A stretch of DNA of 64,000 nt from Candidatus Methylacidiphilales bacterium (GTDB taxonomy: Bacteria; Verrucomicrobiota; Verrucomicrobiia; Methylacidiphilales; CAZTYG01): contig JANRJG010000041.1 in NCBI GenBank assembly GCA_033875315.1, forward strand, positions 64,467 through 128,466, read 5' to 3'. The position numbers and the translations under genes are program-made. Below, piece after piece: positions 62,975 to 64,000 of the stretch. Numbering within the stretch: position 1 is the stretch's first letter; each line of letters opens with the position of its first letter. The notes beneath the pieces are model-generated. The model worked only from the letters and a program-made list of their open reading frames with translations. It was not told where the DNA came from and made no database searches.

Positions 62975-64000
62975 TCAATTCCGGGAACCGAGGCGCTCCC
63001 GGGCATACTTCTTAGCCGTGATGTTGTCGCACCACTGGCGGTTCTGCAAATACCATTGCACGGTTTCGCGCAGGCCGGTTTCCAATGTCCAGCGGGGCGA
63101 CCAACCCAGCTCGCGCTGGATTTTGCGGATGTCCATGGCGTAGCGGCGGTCATGGCCCGGCCGGTCGGGAACAAAGCTTTTCAATACGGCATAAGAGCCT
63201 CCTCCAGCCCGCGGTGCCAGTTCGTCGAGCAGACGGATGAGGGCGTCGATCAGCACCAGGTTGGTGCGCTCGGATGCTCCGCCGATGTTGTAGGATTCCC
63301 CGGGAACTCCAGCCTCCAGGACACGGGCGATGGCGGTGCAATGGTCCTCGACATAGAGCCAATCGCGGATGTTGGCCCCATCACCATAAATGGGCAGGGG
63401 CTTGCCCTCAAGAGCGTTGAGGATCATCAGGGGGATCAGCTTCTCCGGGAACTGGCGCGGACCGTAATTATTGGAACAGTTGGTCAGAAGAACCGGGAGT
63501 CCATAAGTGTGGTGCGCCGCGCGCACCAAGTGGTCACTCCCGGCCTTGGACGCAGCGTAGGGACTGTTGGGAGCGTAGGGCGTGGTCTCGGAGAAGGCCG
63601 GGTCCTCAAGTCCGAGTGAACCAAAGACCTCATCGGTGGAAATATGCAGGAACCGCATCGCGGCACGGGCCGCCTCCGGGGCGGCCTTCCAATGACGACG
63701 GAAGACATCCAGCAGCCGCAGCGTGCCCACCACGTTCGTTTGTACAAACGGCTCCGGGGTGTCGATGGAACGGTCGACGTGCGATTCAGCGGCAAAATGG
63801 ACCAGCCGTCCGATACCGTGCACGCGGAGCAGGCCGGATACGAGGTCCGCATCCAGGATATCGCCGTGGACAAAGACCACACGCGGATCGTCGGGCACAT
63901 TCGTCCGAACGCCGGCATAGGTCAGCGCGTCGAGGACCACCAAGCGGTCCACAGGCCGGGCTGTGGAGCCCAGGACATGGCGGACAAAATGGGAACCTAT
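62975..64000 (-). CDS. rfbB: dTDP-glucose 4,6-dehydratase, N-terminus beyond window edge
   Basis: HFAAESHVDRS, ISTDEVFG, PNSPYAASKAGSDHLV, CSNNYGPRQFPEKLIP. The frame stays open to position 64000 (..IGSHFVRHVLGS..), so the real start lies outside the window. The track ORF begins at an internal Met (63952). Confidence 0.92.
   Translation of the reverse strand: MGSHFVRHVLGSTARPVDRLVVLDALTYAGVRTNVPDDPRVVFVHGDILDADLVSGLLRVHGIGRLVHFAAESHVDRSIDTPEPFVQTNVVGTLRLLDVFRRHWKAAPEAARAAMRFLHISTDEVFGSLGLEDPAFSETTPYAPNSPYAASKAGSDHLVRAAHHTYGLPVLLTNCSNNYGPRQFPEKLIPLMILNALEGKPLPIYGDGANIRDWLYVEDHCTAIARVLEAGVPGESYNIGGASERTNLVLIDALIRLLDELAPRAGGGSYAVLKSFVPDRPGHDRRYAMDIRKIQRELGWSPRWTLETGLRETVQWYLQNRQWCDNITAKKYARERLGSRN

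Overview
GC-rich bacterial chromosomal segment (composition judged by eye, not computed). Almost all of it is one very large cell-surface polysaccharide (EPS/O-antigen-type) biosynthesis region. Most genes lie on the minus strand in long operons, and many junctions are 4-nt ATGA/GTGA stop/start overlaps.

Left end: a sigma54-type two-component pair (the regulator runs off the window edge and is missing from the ORF track), corA, and an exosortase + EpsI pair.

The rest holds about 20 glycosyltransferases: GT2, GT4, GT9, a GT26-GT4 fusion, GT61/DUF563, CgeB-like, STELLO-like and GT-C-like. It also holds four SAM methyltransferases, a Wzx-like flippase and a Wzy-like membrane protein.

Genes for five nucleotide-sugar routes are present:
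- CDP-3,6-dideoxyhexose (rfbF-rfbG-rfbH)
- GDP-fucose (gmd-fcl)
- UDP-galactofuranose (glf)
- dTDP-rhamnose (rfbA, rfbB plus two NRS/ER-like reductases)
- a GDP-heptose-like kinase/nucleotidyltransferase pair

I saw no rRNA, tRNA, CRISPR array, transposase, integrase, initiating phosphoglycosyltransferase or Wza/Wzc-type export genes. The gene content (exosortase, dispersed four-helix-bundle genes) suggests Verrucomicrobiota/Planctomycetota-like organisms, but that is only a guess.

The features that ordinary annotation does not explain:
1. Two four-helix-bundle (23S-rRNA-IVS-protein/Avd-like) genes are each bracketed by inverted repeats, an rRNA-IVS-like architecture placed inside sugar operons.
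2. A dispersed family of short strand-skewed repeats (core CTTCAAC/TTAAAC and GAAAAG-type octamers) occurs intergenically, supplies stop codons, and also sits in frame inside conserved enzymes (RfbG, RfbH, two GT2 paralogues).
3. A PemK/MazF-like domain is fused in frame to RfbH, behind a small antitoxin-like ORF.
4. A G11 homopolymer lies in a GT2 gene.
5. A conserved hairpin element is shared by the two largest intergenic gaps.

All homology statements come from reading the translations and from memory of family motifs. No searches were run.
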